From the NCBI GenBank assembly GCA_023267635.1, contig JAHFMX010000001.1, forward strand, positions 149,165 through 194,963: DNA of 45,799 nt, read 5' to 3'. This DNA comes from a bacterium (GTDB taxonomy: Bacteria > Patescibacteriota > Minisyncoccia > Phycocordibacterales > UBA5272). Both the position numbers and the translations under genes were made by a program. Position 1 is the first letter of the stretch. Each line of letters opens with the position of its first letter. The notes below the pieces were generated by a model. It did no database searches. It saw only the letters and a program-made list of their open reading frames with translations, and had not been told where the DNA came from. Shown piece after piece: positions 28,340 through 38,570 of the stretch.

Positions 28340-30005
28340 AGCTCGCATTGCTGCATCGCACGAAATCTCTCCAGAAGATGTGTTTTTGGACTCTGAAAAT
28401 ATTTCTAAATTGAATCTTAATCAGATGGAGGGGCATTTAGAGCGACCCCTCAGTAAGTATGTATTTTATGTTTCTATACTTTTTATTTTTCTTTTAATTG
28501 GTGGCTTTGGTGCACGACTTTTCGCTATGCAAATAGTAGAAGGGAAAGCATACAAAGAAAAAGCAGATAGGAACCACTTAAAGAGCACTCCGATCTTTGC
28601 CCTTCGGGGAACTATTTCTGATAGAAACGGAACTCTTCTTGCGTGGAATACGTTGGGCACAAGCACAAAAGAAGTTCCTGAGCGAACTTATACAAGCACT
28701 GCTGGATTTTCTCATTTATTAGGATATGTAAGTTATCCGAAGAAGGACTCGTCGGGTATTTTTTGGCAGGAAGAATATATAGGAAAAGATGGAATTGAAA
28801 AGCAGTATCAAACTCTCTTGCAAGGTGTTCCTGGAGAACGAGTGATTGCTATAAATGCTCGACAAGAAGTTGAAGCAGAAAACGTAACTGTTGATCCAAC
28901 ACATGGAGAAAACATACGCTTATCGATTGATGCTGGCGTACAAGCAAAACTGCAAGAAAGAATTAAGACGTTAGCTCAAGACTATGGATATGTTGCAGGA
29001 GCGGGGGCGATTATGGATATTCACACAGGAGAACTTCTTGCTCTCACGAGTTATCCAGAGTATGACAATAATCTCATTACTAACGCCAAAACAAAGGAAG
29101 AGAATTCTCAAGTAGGTAAAGATTTACTCGACAAGCGTCAGAAGTTTCTTAATCGTGCAGTGAGTGGATTGTTTACGCCAGGATCAACAGTTAAACCATT
29201 TATGGCGATAGCTGCTCTTATGGAAGGTGTTATTACTCCAGAAAAGAGTATTTTTAGTTCTGGTTCGCTCGTGATTAAAAATAAATACGGCGGTCCAGAT
29301 ACGGTGTTTAAGGATTGGAAAGCGCATGGATATGTTGATATGCGAGAAGCTATCGCTGTATCGTCGGACGAGTATTTTTACCAAATAGGCGGTGGATATA
29401 TGGATCAACCTGGGCTTGGTATTGATAGGATTAATACCTATGCGTCTATGTTTGGTTTTGGAACCACAACAGGCATCGATCTTCCAGGGGAAGAGTATGG
29501 AGTCGTTCCATCTCAAGCATGGAAGAAAAAAGTGTTCGGGGAGGATTGGTTGTTGGGTAATACCTACCACACATCTATCGGACAGTATGGTTTTCAGTTA
29601 ACTCCACTTGAACTTATTCGTGGTATTGCTTCTATTGCAAATGGCGGCACTCTCGTAACCCCTCATCTTCTTCTTGGTTTGCCAACTAAAACTACAGAGC
29701 TCCCGCTTAAACAAAAAGACTTACAAGTTATTCATGAAGGTATGCGTCGAGGTGTTCTTGAGGGTACCGGGCGAGTACTTAATATTCCTGGAGTGAACAT
29801 TGCGTCAAAGTCAGGAACAGCCGAACTTGGCGTAAAAAAGGATTTAATCAATTCATGGATCACAGGATATTTTCCATATGAAAATCCGAAGTATGCATTT
29901 GTCGTAATCATGGAAAAGGGTTCAATAAAAAATCTTCATGGAGCTGTTTTCGCAGCACGAGAGACGATTGAATGGATGAGAGATAACACCCAGTACACAA
30001 AGTAG
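28308..30005 (+). CDS. mrdA: Penicillin-binding protein 2
   Basis: PGSTVK (SxxK), SSD (SxD) and KSGT motifs; follows mreBC. Confidence 0.92.
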   Translation: MNLFHRTFTRKARIAASHEISPEDVFLDSENISKLNLNQMEGHLERPLSKYVFYVSILFIFLLIGGFGARLFAMQIVEGKAYKEKADRNHLKSTPIFALRGTISDRNGTLLAWNTLGTSTKEVPERTYTSTAGFSHLLGYVSYPKKDSSGIFWQEEYIGKDGIEKQYQTLLQGVPGERVIAINARQEVEAENVTVDPTHGENIRLSIDAGVQAKLQERIKTLAQDYGYVAGAGAIMDIHTGELLALTSYPEYDNNLITNAKTKEENSQVGKDLLDKRQKFLNRAVSGLFTPGSTVKPFMAIAALMEGVITPEKSIFSSGSLVIKNKYGGPDTVFKDWKAHGYVDMREAIAVSSDEYFYQIGGGYMDQPGLGIDRINTYASMFGFGTTTGIDLPGEEYGVVPSQAWKKKVFGEDWLLGNTYHTSIGQYGFQLTPLELIRGIASIANGGTLVTPHLLLGLPTKTTELPLKQKDLQVIHEGMRRGVLEGTGRVLNIPGVNIASKSGTAELGVKKDLINSWITGYFPYENPKYAFVVIMEKGSIKNLHGAVFAARETIEWMRDNTQYTK

Positions 30006-30066
30006 TAGTTTTGATGCAAGTATGCAAAAAGGCCCAAATTATGGTATACTTATACGTAATAAAAAT

Positions 30067-30522
30067 ATGGAATATCTAACACCTGAAAAGAAAGTAGAGC
30101 TAGAAAACGAACTTAATCAGCTTAAAACAGTGCGTCGTAAGGAAATTGCGGATGCTCTTGAGTATGCAAAGTCTTTGGGGGATTTGTCTGAAAACGCAGA
30201 ATATCATCAGGCTCGCGAAGATCAAGCGAATTGTGAAGATCGTATTGGACATCTTGAACAAGTTCTTAAGAATGCTGTGGTTATGGACAAGCATCATTCT
30301 GGAACCGTTGAGGTGGGTACGACAGTGACTATTGTTAAGAAAGGTGAGAAAGAAGCTCGTCAGTTTACACTAGTAGGAAGTGAAGAGGCTGATTCTATCG
30401 GAGGAAAGATTTCAAATGAATCTCCACTAGGCGCTGCTCTTCTTGGAAAATCAAAAGGTGATACAGTGACATTTGATGCACCTAAAGGAAAGACAGAATA
30501 TACAATCAAGTCGATCGCTTAA
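30067..30522 (+). CDS. greA: Transcription elongation factor GreA
   Basis: GDLSENAEY and ISNESPLGAALLG motifs. Confidence 0.97.
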   Translation: MEYLTPEKKVELENELNQLKTVRRKEIADALEYAKSLGDLSENAEYHQAREDQANCEDRIGHLEQVLKNAVVMDKHHSGTVEVGTTVTIVKKGEKEARQFTLVGSEEADSIGGKISNESPLGAALLGKSKGDTVTFDAPKGKTEYTIKSIA

Positions 30523-30532
30523 TTGAAAAGTA

Positions 30533-30562
30533 AAAAAGCCGCGCAACCTTGCGCGGCTTTTT
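30533..30562. terminator. Bidirectional terminator
   Basis: 14-bp arms AAAAAGCCGCGCAA/TTGCGCGGCTTTTT. Confidence 0.85.
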
Positions 30563-30566
30563 GTTT

Positions 30567-30977
30567 CTATGCAGGAATGAGCGAAGACAGAAAAGGGAGA
30601 GGGTTGCGTTTGCCCTTGTCTCCACCAGAGCTTTTCACGAGCTTGTAATTTATTGAGACAATCACTGCAAATGGTTCTATACCAGCCACACATGATTCGA
30701 ATCTCTTCGGAGACTGAGCCTCCTCTGCTTGGCATGGTTGCACGACCAGTTTTTCTACTTTGTTTTTTGAGTGCAACAGAAAGAGGATTTCATTGTGATC
30801 AGTAAGACTGAGGTTCGGGTGGGTCTTGGTGATTAACTCATAGATCTCCGCTTCTTCTCTCCATCGATGTGGACTAAGAAGTGCCAAGTAGTCATCCATA
30901 GGCCAACTTTTCTTGCTTGGCCAAAATAGATAGATGAGTAAAAGTGATACACCGAGAGCGAGTAGTACAGCTTCCAT
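30567..30977 (-). CDS. Orphan protein with N-terminal TM
   Basis: AGGGAG 5 nt before ATG 30977 (MEAVLLALG...); the frame could extend to 31025. Confidence 0.7.
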   Translation of the reverse strand: MEAVLLALGVSLLLIYLFWPSKKSWPMDDYLALLSPHRWREEAEIYELITKTHPNLSLTDHNEILFLLHSKNKVEKLVVQPCQAEEAQSPKRFESCVAGIEPFAVIVSINYKLVKSSGGDKGKRNPLPFLSSLIPA

Positions 30978-31085
30978 AAGAGCTCCCTTGTAGTAGTGTT
31001 GAACAGTTCGTAGGAACTTTAACATATAGCTCTTCTTTGTGTCTAGTGTGAGCTTCTGAACTAATTTGGTATACTTTAGATCATT

Positions 31086-32540
31086 ATGGCATCAATCGAT
31101 GAGCTTCGCGCAGAGCGTCTCAAAAAATTACAAGCGTTAGAAGAATTAGGAAAGTCAGGGTTTCCAGCGGTCTCGCGAAGAACACATGAACTAAGTGATA
31201 TTGTTCGTAATTTCCAAGAATTAGAAAAGTCAGGTAGTCAGGTTATCGTAACAGGAAGAGTGATGGTCTCGCGTGGGCAGGGAGCTCTTATCTTTATTGA
31301 CCTGTATGATGGAACAGCAAAACTTCAAGCTGTCATTAAACTTCCTGAATCTGGAGAAGAAGCTCATACATTCTTTACAACGTATGTTGATACGGGAGAT
31401 TTCATTGAAGTAACAGGAACGTTGTTTACCACAAAGTCAGGGCAGGAGAGTGTGCTCGTTACAAACATTTCTATGCTTTCAAAAGCACTCCTACCACTAC
31501 CTGATAAGTACCACGGTATTCAGGATGAGGAACTTCGTATGCGTGAACGATATTTAGATATTCTTACAAATCCTGAGCTTCGCGAACTACTTGAAAAGAA
31601 GGCAAAGTTCTGGGAAGTTGTGCGTGCATTTTTGCGTGAGAAAAAATTCCTTGAAGTTGAAACACCAACTATTGAAGTAACAACAGGAGGAGCTGAAGCT
31701 CGTCCATTTGCAACATATCACAACGACTTTGATCTTGATGTATTCATGCGTATTTCTGTTGGAGAATTGTGGCAGAAAAGATTAATGGCAGCAGGGCTTC
31801 CGAAAACATTTGAAATAGGTCGCGTCTACAGAAACGAAGGATCTTCCCCAGAGCATGTCCAGGAATTCACTAACTGTGAGTTTTACATGGCGTATGCTGA
31901 CTATGAGGATGGAATGAAAATGGTTGAAGAATTGTACAAGAAGATCGCAGAAGAGGTGTTCGGAACGACCACATTCACTACTCGAGGGCATACATTTGAT
32001 TTGGCAGGTGAGTGGAAACGAATTGATTACCGAGAAGAAGTTCTGGGTCAAACAGGAGTTGATATTACTACTGCGACCCTTGAGCAACTCGTGGCAAAGG
32101 CTAATGAACTTAAGATTAAATATGAGGGAGTCAATGAAGAGCGTCTTATTGATACGCTATGGAAGTATTGCCGAAAGAATATTTCTGGTCCAGCATTTCT
32201 TGTTAATCACCCATTACTTGTTGCTCCGCTTGCAAAGAAGAACAGTGATGGAATGACAGCACAAATTTTCCAACCAATTCTCGCTGGTTCTGAAATTGGA
32301 AAAGGGTACTCTGAATTGAATGATCCGATTGATCAGCGTGCTCGATTTGAAAAACAACAAGAACTCTTATCAGGTGGGGATGAAGAAGCGATGATGGCTG
32401 ACGATTCTTTCATTGAAATGCTTGAGCATGGAATGCCACCAACATGTGGATTTGGATTCGGAGAGCGTTTATTTGCGTTCTTGTCCGATAAACCTATACG
32501 TGAAATTCACACATTCCCTCTCATAAAGCCAAAGAATTAG
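31086..32540 (+). CDS. lysS: Lysyl-tRNA synthetase (class II)
   Basis: OB-fold N-terminus; GGAEARPF, YRNEG, EFTNCEFY and GMPPTCGFGFG motifs. Confidence 0.97.
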   Translation: MASIDELRAERLKKLQALEELGKSGFPAVSRRTHELSDIVRNFQELEKSGSQVIVTGRVMVSRGQGALIFIDLYDGTAKLQAVIKLPESGEEAHTFFTTYVDTGDFIEVTGTLFTTKSGQESVLVTNISMLSKALLPLPDKYHGIQDEELRMRERYLDILTNPELRELLEKKAKFWEVVRAFLREKKFLEVETPTIEVTTGGAEARPFATYHNDFDLDVFMRISVGELWQKRLMAAGLPKTFEIGRVYRNEGSSPEHVQEFTNCEFYMAYADYEDGMKMVEELYKKIAEEVFGTTTFTTRGHTFDLAGEWKRIDYREEVLGQTGVDITTATLEQLVAKANELKIKYEGVNEERLIDTLWKYCRKNISGPAFLVNHPLLVAPLAKKNSDGMTAQIFQPILAGSEIGKGYSELNDPIDQRARFEKQQELLSGGDEEAMMADDSFIEMLEHGMPPTCGFGFGERLFAFLSDKPIREIHTFPLIKPKN

Positions 32541-32640
32541 TCCATCTACTTTGTCGCTACAGAATTTTTCTCAGTCAGCGTAGGTCTACTACGCTTTCTT
32601 CAGAAAATTCTTATGCTTCGCGTATCTTAACCAATTCTTT
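32531..32640 (+). repeat. Nested fold-back element at the lysS 3' end (family member A)
   Basis: Outer arm includes the stop codon; middle arms 32561-69/32603-11; inner hairpin AGCGTAG/CTACGCT; 26/31 identity to 39706-36. Confidence 0.75.
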
Positions 32641-32667
32641 TACTTTCTGAAATATATAAATCAGAGA

Positions 32668-32710
32668 GATAAACGAAAAAGCACTACATTGTAGTGCTTT
32701 TTCGTTTATC
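32668..32710 (+). terminator. Long-stem terminator
   Basis: 20-bp perfect arms (32668-87/32691-710). Confidence 0.8.
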
Positions 32711-32714
32711 CACA
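32706..32714 (+). promoter_or_regulatory. DnaA box upstream of the mraZ/dcw promoter
   Basis: Exact TTATCCACA consensus. Confidence 0.55.
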
Positions 32715-32741
32715 GGCATTTTCTAGGACATTAAAAGCTAA

Positions 32742-32777
32742 GTGGAGTATAATGGAGGCTAGTGGAGGATTGTGGGA
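32742..32777 (+). promoter_or_regulatory. MraZ operator repeats overlapping the -10 box
   Basis: GTGGAG, ATGGAG, GTGGAG, GTGGGA at exact 10-bp period (32742, 32752, 32762, 32772); TATAAT at 32748-53. Confidence 0.85.
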
Positions 32778-32795
32778 GATTCTTCACAAACTAAT

Positions 32796-33230
32796 ATGCT
32801 GATAGGCCAATACACACACGAACTCGATCCGAAAAAACGACTGACCTTGCCAGCTAAATGGAGGACTTCGTTGGGGAAAAAAGTTGTTGTAACAAATGGT
32901 CTTGATGGATCGCTCTTTATATTCGCAGAAAAAGAATGGACGAGGATTGCAGAACAGCTTGCGTCAAATGGATTCGGTAATGCCGATTCACGAAGTTTTA
33001 ATCGTGTGATGCTTGCACATGCGTTTGAAACAGACATCGATGCACAGGGGCGCATTCTTATCCCTGATACGTTGAAGGATTCAGCAGGACTTAGTTCTAA
33101 AGTAGTTCTTGCTGGTATGTATTCACGTATTGAAATGTGGGATGAAGGAAGATGGAAGGAATATTCAAAGAAAGCTCTTGGCGAAGCAGATGCTTTGGCA
33201 GGAAAGCTAAGTGATCTAGGTTTACTATAG
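32796..33230 (+). CDS. mraZ: Division/cell-wall cluster repressor MraZ
   Basis: DPKKRL and DAQGRILIP motifs; start at MLIGQY. Confidence 0.96.
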   Translation: MLIGQYTHELDPKKRLTLPAKWRTSLGKKVVVTNGLDGSLFIFAEKEWTRIAEQLASNGFGNADSRSFNRVMLAHAFETDIDAQGRILIPDTLKDSAGLSSKVVLAGMYSRIEMWDEGRWKEYSKKALGEADALAGKLSDLGLL

Positions 33231-33248
33231 GTGGTGACATTTACGACC

Positions 33249-34142
33249 ATGTCACATATACCAGTACTTTTACATGAATCTCTAGAAGGTTTAGCTATAC
33301 AAGAAGGTGGCGTGTACGTTGATTGCACAACCAATCGCGGAGGCCACAGTTTAGAAATAGCTAAAGCTTTGGGAAAAAACGGAACACTTGTCTGTATTGA
33401 TCTTGATCAAGTGGCGCTTGAAGAAGCAAAAAATAAACTAGATGCTTTGGAAGATAAACCTACCATTCATTATGTTCATTCTAACTTCAGACATTTACAA
33501 GCGGTACTTGCAGATCTACAGATAGAAAAGGTTAATGGGGTGCTTGCGGATTTGGGGCTTTCATCTCAAGAGCTAGACAGCTCAAAGAGAGGATTCTCTT
33601 TTAGGTTCGATGAGCCACTCCTTATGACCTTTCACGCATCTCCAAGTGAAGATATGACAACAGCGTATGACATTGTTAACACGTGGAATGAAGAATCAAT
33701 TGCAGACGTTTTGTACGGTTTCGCTGACGAAACCTACTCACGACGCATTGCGAAAAGAATCATTGATGCGCGACAGAGGGGAAAGATAGAAACAACACTT
33801 CAGTTGGTTGATATCATCGCTTCCGCTGTTCCAGCTGACTATCGCCACAAGAAGACGCACTTTGCTACAAAAACATTTCAAGCGCTTCGTATGGCAGTGA
33901 ACGATGAGTTAGGAAGTATCCACGACCTCATCTCATCACTCCCTCATGTATTACAAGTAGGGGGACGTGCGGCAATCATAACCTTTCATTCAACTGAAGA
34001 CAGAATTGTAAAAAAAGAATTAAGAAGTTTACCTGAATCATTAACAATTATTAACAAGAAAGCAATCGTTCCGACAGATGAGGAATTAGAACATAATCCT
34101 CGTGCACGAAGTGCTCAGTTACGTATCGCCGAAAAAATATAA
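33249..34142 (+). CDS. rsmH: 16S rRNA m4C1402 methyltransferase RsmH (MraW)
   Basis: HIPVLL, DLGLSSQEL, FQALRMAVNDEL and NPRARSAQLR motifs. Confidence 0.96.
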   Translation: MSHIPVLLHESLEGLAIQEGGVYVDCTTNRGGHSLEIAKALGKNGTLVCIDLDQVALEEAKNKLDALEDKPTIHYVHSNFRHLQAVLADLQIEKVNGVLADLGLSSQELDSSKRGFSFRFDEPLLMTFHASPSEDMTTAYDIVNTWNEESIADVLYGFADETYSRRIAKRIIDARQRGKIETTLQLVDIIASAVPADYRHKKTHFATKTFQALRMAVNDELGSIHDLISSLPHVLQVGGRAAIITFHSTEDRIVKKELRSLPESLTIINKKAIVPTDEELEHNPRARSAQLRIAEKI

Positions 34143-34157
34143 GCCAACCCCACACTC

Positions 34158-34475
34158 ATGTCATCACGCTACCAATCAATCACACTTTTCGAACGCACTG
34201 TTCACACCATGTTCGGGTCTCTTGTGGTGCTCGCGCTCATCTATTGTGTGGTTTTGCTCTCATTAATTTTTTCAGTGATTGAACGTAAACAAAATGCTCT
34301 TGCAAGTCGTGATTTAACCTCTACCTTGAGCGCCCTTGAAGCAAAGTACGCAAATAGTGTTGCTTCTATCAATGATGCGACGCTGCTCGCTAATAATTAT
34401 AAGAGAATTGATGGTGCAACATTTGCAGTGCGTAAAGATGCTATAGCTAGTTATACTGTGCTCTATGCACGCTAA
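34158..34475 (+). CDS. ftsL: FtsL-like cell division protein
   Basis: Single TM plus coiled coil; located between rsmH and ftsI. Confidence 0.6.
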   Translation: MSSRYQSITLFERTVHTMFGSLVVLALIYCVVLLSLIFSVIERKQNALASRDLTSTLSALEAKYANSVASINDATLLANNYKRIDGATFAVRKDAIASYTVLYAR

Positions 34476-36216
34476 TCCTGAGGAACAACTAAACGAAGAT
34501 CAGAGGCTGCGATCAGAGGACAGAGCTCATCTTGTGATGTTGTTATGGTTTCTCGTGGCACTTTTTATTGCTTCACGAGCTTTTTATATTCAAGTTGTTA
34601 AGCATTCATATTATGTGGATGTGGCAGATAGACAATACATAACAAATGGACCTGTAAACTTCGACAGGGGGACAGTATTTTTTTCTCATTATAGAGAGGA
34701 ATTAGTTCCAGCTGCTCAACTTTCAACAACGTATCGCGTAGCAATTGATCCAACTGCTATTAGCAATGCGACATCTACGTACGAAAAACTTGTGACTCAT
34801 CTTCCTCTTTTAGATAGTGTTTCTTTTATGGCGCGCGCCACTAAAGTAGGTGACCCGTATGAAGAAATAGCAAAAGACATATCTGCTGAAACGGTTGCAC
34901 AAATAAAGTTAGAGAAACTTACTGGGGTAAGTTTTGTAAAAGATAATAAGCGCGCCTATCCACAAATGGATATAGGGTCAAAGATTTTAGGATTCGTAGG
35001 TAACGACGGTTCTCGTGTTAAAGGGCAATATGGCATCGAGCGATATTATAATGATGTGCTTTCCAGATCAGGAAGTAGTCAGTCAGTGAATTTCTTTGCG
35101 GAACTTTTTGCGGATATCGAGAAAACAAGTATTTCCAATACCGACGCGAAGGAGGGAGATATTGTTCTTACTATTGATGCGGAAGCAGAGCGCGCACTCC
35201 ATAATGCTCTCGTAGAAACAAAAAAGGAATGGAACTCCGACATTATCGGGGGGATCATTATGGACCCTCAAACGGGAAATATTCTTGCTATGGATTCACT
35301 TCCTTCGTTTGATCCAAATGCGTATGCGAATGTAGAGGACGCAAGTTTCTTTTTAAATCAAAATGTTTCTGGAGTGTATGAAATGGGGAGTATTATCAAA
35401 CCGCTTACTATGGCAGCGGCACTGGACAGTGGGGCGGTAACAGAAGAAACAACGTATAACGACACTGGATTTCGCGATCTTAACGGCTATAAAGTTAAAA
35501 ACTTTGACGGACAAGCCAGGGGGGCGGGAACAGCTATGCAAACTATATTGGATAAATCTCTCAACATCGGTATTGTTTTCTTGGTTGAACAGCTCGGCAC
35601 TAAACGATTCCAGCAGTACTTTAAAAACTTTGGACTTGGAGAAGAGACAGGCATTGATCTTCCAGGAGAGGCGAGTGGGCTTACAAAAAACTTAGATAGT
35701 AACGTGCTTGTTGATAGTGCTACTGCTGGATTCGGACAAGGTATTGCCGTAACTCCTATTCAAACAGTTCGCGCGCTTGCGGCTTTGGGGAACGGTGGGA
35801 AGTTAGTCAATCCTCATGTTGTTGATACTATTATTTACAATAACGGCACAACAAAAAAGATTGTTCAAGATCCACCAACACAAGTGATAACAGAAAAAAC
35901 AAGTGAAGAGATTTCGCGCATGTTGGTGCATGTGGTGGACACTGCCCTTAAAAATGGAACGTATAAAATGGATAGGTATTCAATCGCAGCAAAAACTGGG
36001 ACTGCTCAAATAGCAAAGGGAGGAGGAGGGTACTACGAAGACAGGTATCTTCACTCATTCTTTGGATATTTCCCAGCGTATGAACCAAAGTATATTATTT
36101 TCTTGTATCACACGAATCCAAAAGGTGCAGAATACGCCTCAGCAACGCTTACTGACCCATTCTTTAAGTTGGTTAAGTTCCTTATCTCATATTACGAAGT
36201 TCCACCAGACCGTTAG
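34465..36216 (+). CDS. ftsI: Penicillin-binding protein 3 (FtsI-like)
   Basis: MGSIIK (SxxK), SLN (SxN) and KTGT motifs; dcw position. Confidence 0.88.
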   Translation: MHANPEEQLNEDQRLRSEDRAHLVMLLWFLVALFIASRAFYIQVVKHSYYVDVADRQYITNGPVNFDRGTVFFSHYREELVPAAQLSTTYRVAIDPTAISNATSTYEKLVTHLPLLDSVSFMARATKVGDPYEEIAKDISAETVAQIKLEKLTGVSFVKDNKRAYPQMDIGSKILGFVGNDGSRVKGQYGIERYYNDVLSRSGSSQSVNFFAELFADIEKTSISNTDAKEGDIVLTIDAEAERALHNALVETKKEWNSDIIGGIIMDPQTGNILAMDSLPSFDPNAYANVEDASFFLNQNVSGVYEMGSIIKPLTMAAALDSGAVTEETTYNDTGFRDLNGYKVKNFDGQARGAGTAMQTILDKSLNIGIVFLVEQLGTKRFQQYFKNFGLGEETGIDLPGEASGLTKNLDSNVLVDSATAGFGQGIAVTPIQTVRALAALGNGGKLVNPHVVDTIIYNNGTTKKIVQDPPTQVITEKTSEEISRMLVHVVDTALKNGTYKMDRYSIAAKTGTAQIAKGGGGYYEDRYLHSFFGYFPAYEPKYIIFLYHTNPKGAEYASATLTDPFFKLVKFLISYYEVPPDR

Positions 36217-36337
36217 ACAGAAATTATCTCATCTACTGCGTTACAAGAAATTTTCTCTCCACGCAACGTACTATTCGTACGTTTTGGTCGAGAAAATTTC
36301 TTGTGCCTTGTATCTAAAATAATTTCTGTCTAACGGT
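36209..36337 (+). repeat. Nested fold-back element at the ftsI 3' end (family member B)
   Basis: 19-bp perfect outer arms (36209-27/36319-37) including the stop codon; 15-bp perfect middle arms (36243-57/36290-304); 7-bp inner hairpin. Confidence 0.85.
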
Positions 36338-36362
36338 TCCCGAAATGTGTTAGTATATACCC

Positions 36363-37172
36363 ATGATTAAAAAAACTTCTGCAAAAAAGAAGATACCAGC
36401 CTCTGTGACGAAAGATACTTCGTGGGGTGGAGTTGCTGAGTGGTACGACAAACATCTCGAAAAAGGAACAGACACATACCATGATAAAGTAGTTCATCCG
36501 AACCTTCTGCGTATGCTCGGGGATGTTAAAGGAAAGCAAATACTTGACCTTGGATGCGGTCAGGGAATTTTCTCGCGCTTGCTTGCTGACGCTTCCGCAA
36601 ACGTAGTTGGTGTTGACCTTGGGAAAGAACTCATTGCAATAGCCGAGAAGAAAAATGCCGAGTATGCATTTAAGATTCATTATTTCCACGGCGCATCTGA
36701 TGATCTTTATATGGTTAAAGATGAAACAAAAGATATTGTTGTATGTGTCTTGGCTCTTCAGAACATTGAAAAGTTACAGGGTACTGTTACAGAGGTGGTT
36801 CGCACACTTAAGAAAGGTGGAAAGTTTTTTGTAGTACTCAACCACCCAAGTTTCAGAAATCCACGAAACACCCATTGGGGGTATGACGAACATGAAAAGG
36901 TTCAGTATCGCCGAGTAGACGAATATCTCAGTGAATCAAAGATTAAAATTGATATGACCCCAGGGGCTATCAAAGATAAGAAATTTACCGTTTCTTTCCA
37001 TCGCCCACTTCAGGTATACGTGAAGGCATTTGGAAAACACGGACTCGCAGTTACAAGACTTGAGGAATGGGAATCTCACCGTGCAAGCCAAAATGGACCA
37101 CGAAAAGACGCTGAAGATAAAGCTCGAAAAGAGATACCACTTTTCTTGTGTTTGGAGATGATTAAGTTGTAA
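36363..37172 (+). CDS. Class I SAM-dependent methyltransferase
   Basis: ILDLGCGQG motif I; VGVDLG. Confidence 0.9.
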   Translation: MIKKTSAKKKIPASVTKDTSWGGVAEWYDKHLEKGTDTYHDKVVHPNLLRMLGDVKGKQILDLGCGQGIFSRLLADASANVVGVDLGKELIAIAEKKNAEYAFKIHYFHGASDDLYMVKDETKDIVVCVLALQNIEKLQGTVTEVVRTLKKGGKFFVVLNHPSFRNPRNTHWGYDEHEKVQYRRVDEYLSESKIKIDMTPGAIKDKKFTVSFHRPLQVYVKAFGKHGLAVTRLEEWESHRASQNGPRKDAEDKARKEIPLFLCLEMIKL

Positions 37173-37208
37173 AAAGCTTTAAAATCAAGTGTGATACACT
37201 AGAGTAAT

Positions 37209-37874
37209 ATGAAAAAATTATCACGCTTTCTTGCAACAACTGAAGGAAAATTCCTCACTTTTATCGGAGCTTTAGTAGTACTTTCTTTTGCCTACTATTT
37301 CTATGCAATGAGTACACGAGCAAATCTACCAACACCAGAAATCACAATTAACGAACAAGATCACGTTCGTGGAACCGTCGGTGGAAAAGTTACGCTTGTT
37401 GAGTTCGGTGACTTTCAGTGTCCAGCCTGTGCAGCTTACGAACCAATTGTTCGTCAGGTAATTGCTGATAACGCAGGTACATTACAGTTCGTGTTTAAAC
37501 ACTTCCCACTTACGCAGATTCACCAGAATGCTTTACTCTCCGCAAAGGCATCTGAAGCCGCAGCACTTCAGGGTAAGTTCTGGGAAATGCATGATATTCT
37601 CTACGACAAACAAACAGAGTGGTCAGGAAGTTTAAACGCTCGAGATATGTTCGTTGGGTATGCCACAACGCTAGGACTTGATGCGGCAAAGTTTTCAACT
37701 GATCTGAATAATGCTTCTATTGAAGATAAAATTGTTGCTGAGTACAAAGAAGGGGTATCTCTTGGTGTACAGGGGACTCCAACATTCTTCCTTAATGGAA
37801 AGAAGCTTGATAACCCAGGAAGTGTGGATGCGTTTAATAAGTTAATTAAAGAAGCAGCTGCTTCATCAAACTAA
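37209..37874 (+). CDS. DsbA-family thioredoxin-fold protein with TM anchor
   Basis: EFGDFQCPAC, FKHFPL and GVQGTPTFF (cis-Pro) motifs. Confidence 0.93.
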   Translation: MKKLSRFLATTEGKFLTFIGALVVLSFAYYFYAMSTRANLPTPEITINEQDHVRGTVGGKVTLVEFGDFQCPACAAYEPIVRQVIADNAGTLQFVFKHFPLTQIHQNALLSAKASEAAALQGKFWEMHDILYDKQTEWSGSLNARDMFVGYATTLGLDAAKFSTDLNNASIEDKIVAEYKEGVSLGVQGTPTFFLNGKKLDNPGSVDAFNKLIKEAAASSN

Positions 37875-37876
37875 CT

Positions 37877-38104
37877 ATGATTAAAGAATTTCTATTAAAG
37901 CAGGCAGTTAAGCGCGGAACAAAAGATCTTCCAAAGGAACAGCAAGAGATGTTACAAGTTGCTGTAGAGAAAAACCCTGAGCTCTTCACAAAGATCGCAA
38001 AAGAAATTGAAGTCTTGAAGAAGCAAGGTAAGCCAGAGATGTATGCAGCCCTCGATGTGATGAAGAAGTATCAAAAGGAGATGCAGGAATTGTTTCAGAA
38101 ATAA
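37877..38104 (+). CDS. Small helical hypothetical protein
   Basis: Starts 2 nt after the dsbA stop; protein-like composition. Confidence 0.75.
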   Translation: MIKEFLLKQAVKRGTKDLPKEQQEMLQVAVEKNPELFTKIAKEIEVLKKQGKPEMYAALDVMKKYQKEMQELFQK

Positions 38105-38108
38105 ATAA

Positions 38109-38191
38109 AAAAAGCCGCACAGTGCGCTCCCAAATTTTTTAGACTGTATCCAGTCTCTTAAAATTGGCAGTACCTTTAGGTGCGGCTTTTT
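38109..38191. terminator. Bidirectional terminator with an extended internal hairpin
   Basis: AAAAAGCCGCAC/GTGCGGCTTTTT arms enclosing AGACTG-TATC-CAGTCT. Confidence 0.7.
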
Positions 38192-38209
38192 GTTTCGGCA
38201 GGTGTTCGA

Positions 38210-38476
38210 TCAGTCGTAGATTTTCAGGATGCCACCGATGTCCGATGAGCATTCTGCGGGCTTGATCAGGTTTTCCTCAGGACTTCTCCGTCCAGAGATA
38301 ACCTTCGCAATGAGATAGGTAAAAAACAGACAAACCCACACCGCGAAGCAAATCCAGAGAATCTGTTCGACGAGAGAGTTCTTCAAGAATGCGATATTGA
38401 CGGTCGTAACCACCAATATGCAGCAAATAATCACCGAAAGCGCGTTTGCGCTTTGTCTCCAGAATTGGTTACTCAT
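38210..38476 (-). CDS. Orphan two-TM membrane protein
   Basis: AGAGGG 6 nt before ATG 38476; two hydrophobic segments; TGA stop. Confidence 0.7.
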   Translation of the reverse strand: MSNQFWRQSANALSVIICCILVVTTVNIAFLKNSLVEQILWICFAVWVCLFFTYLIAKVISGRRSPEENLIKPAECSSDIGGILKIYD

Positions 38477-38570
38477 GATTTTCCCTCTAAAGAATTTCGC
38501 CACGAGGACGATACATCAGCAGATTACCACAATGGAAAGATAACTCAAAGCGTGATAAGATTACACGACT

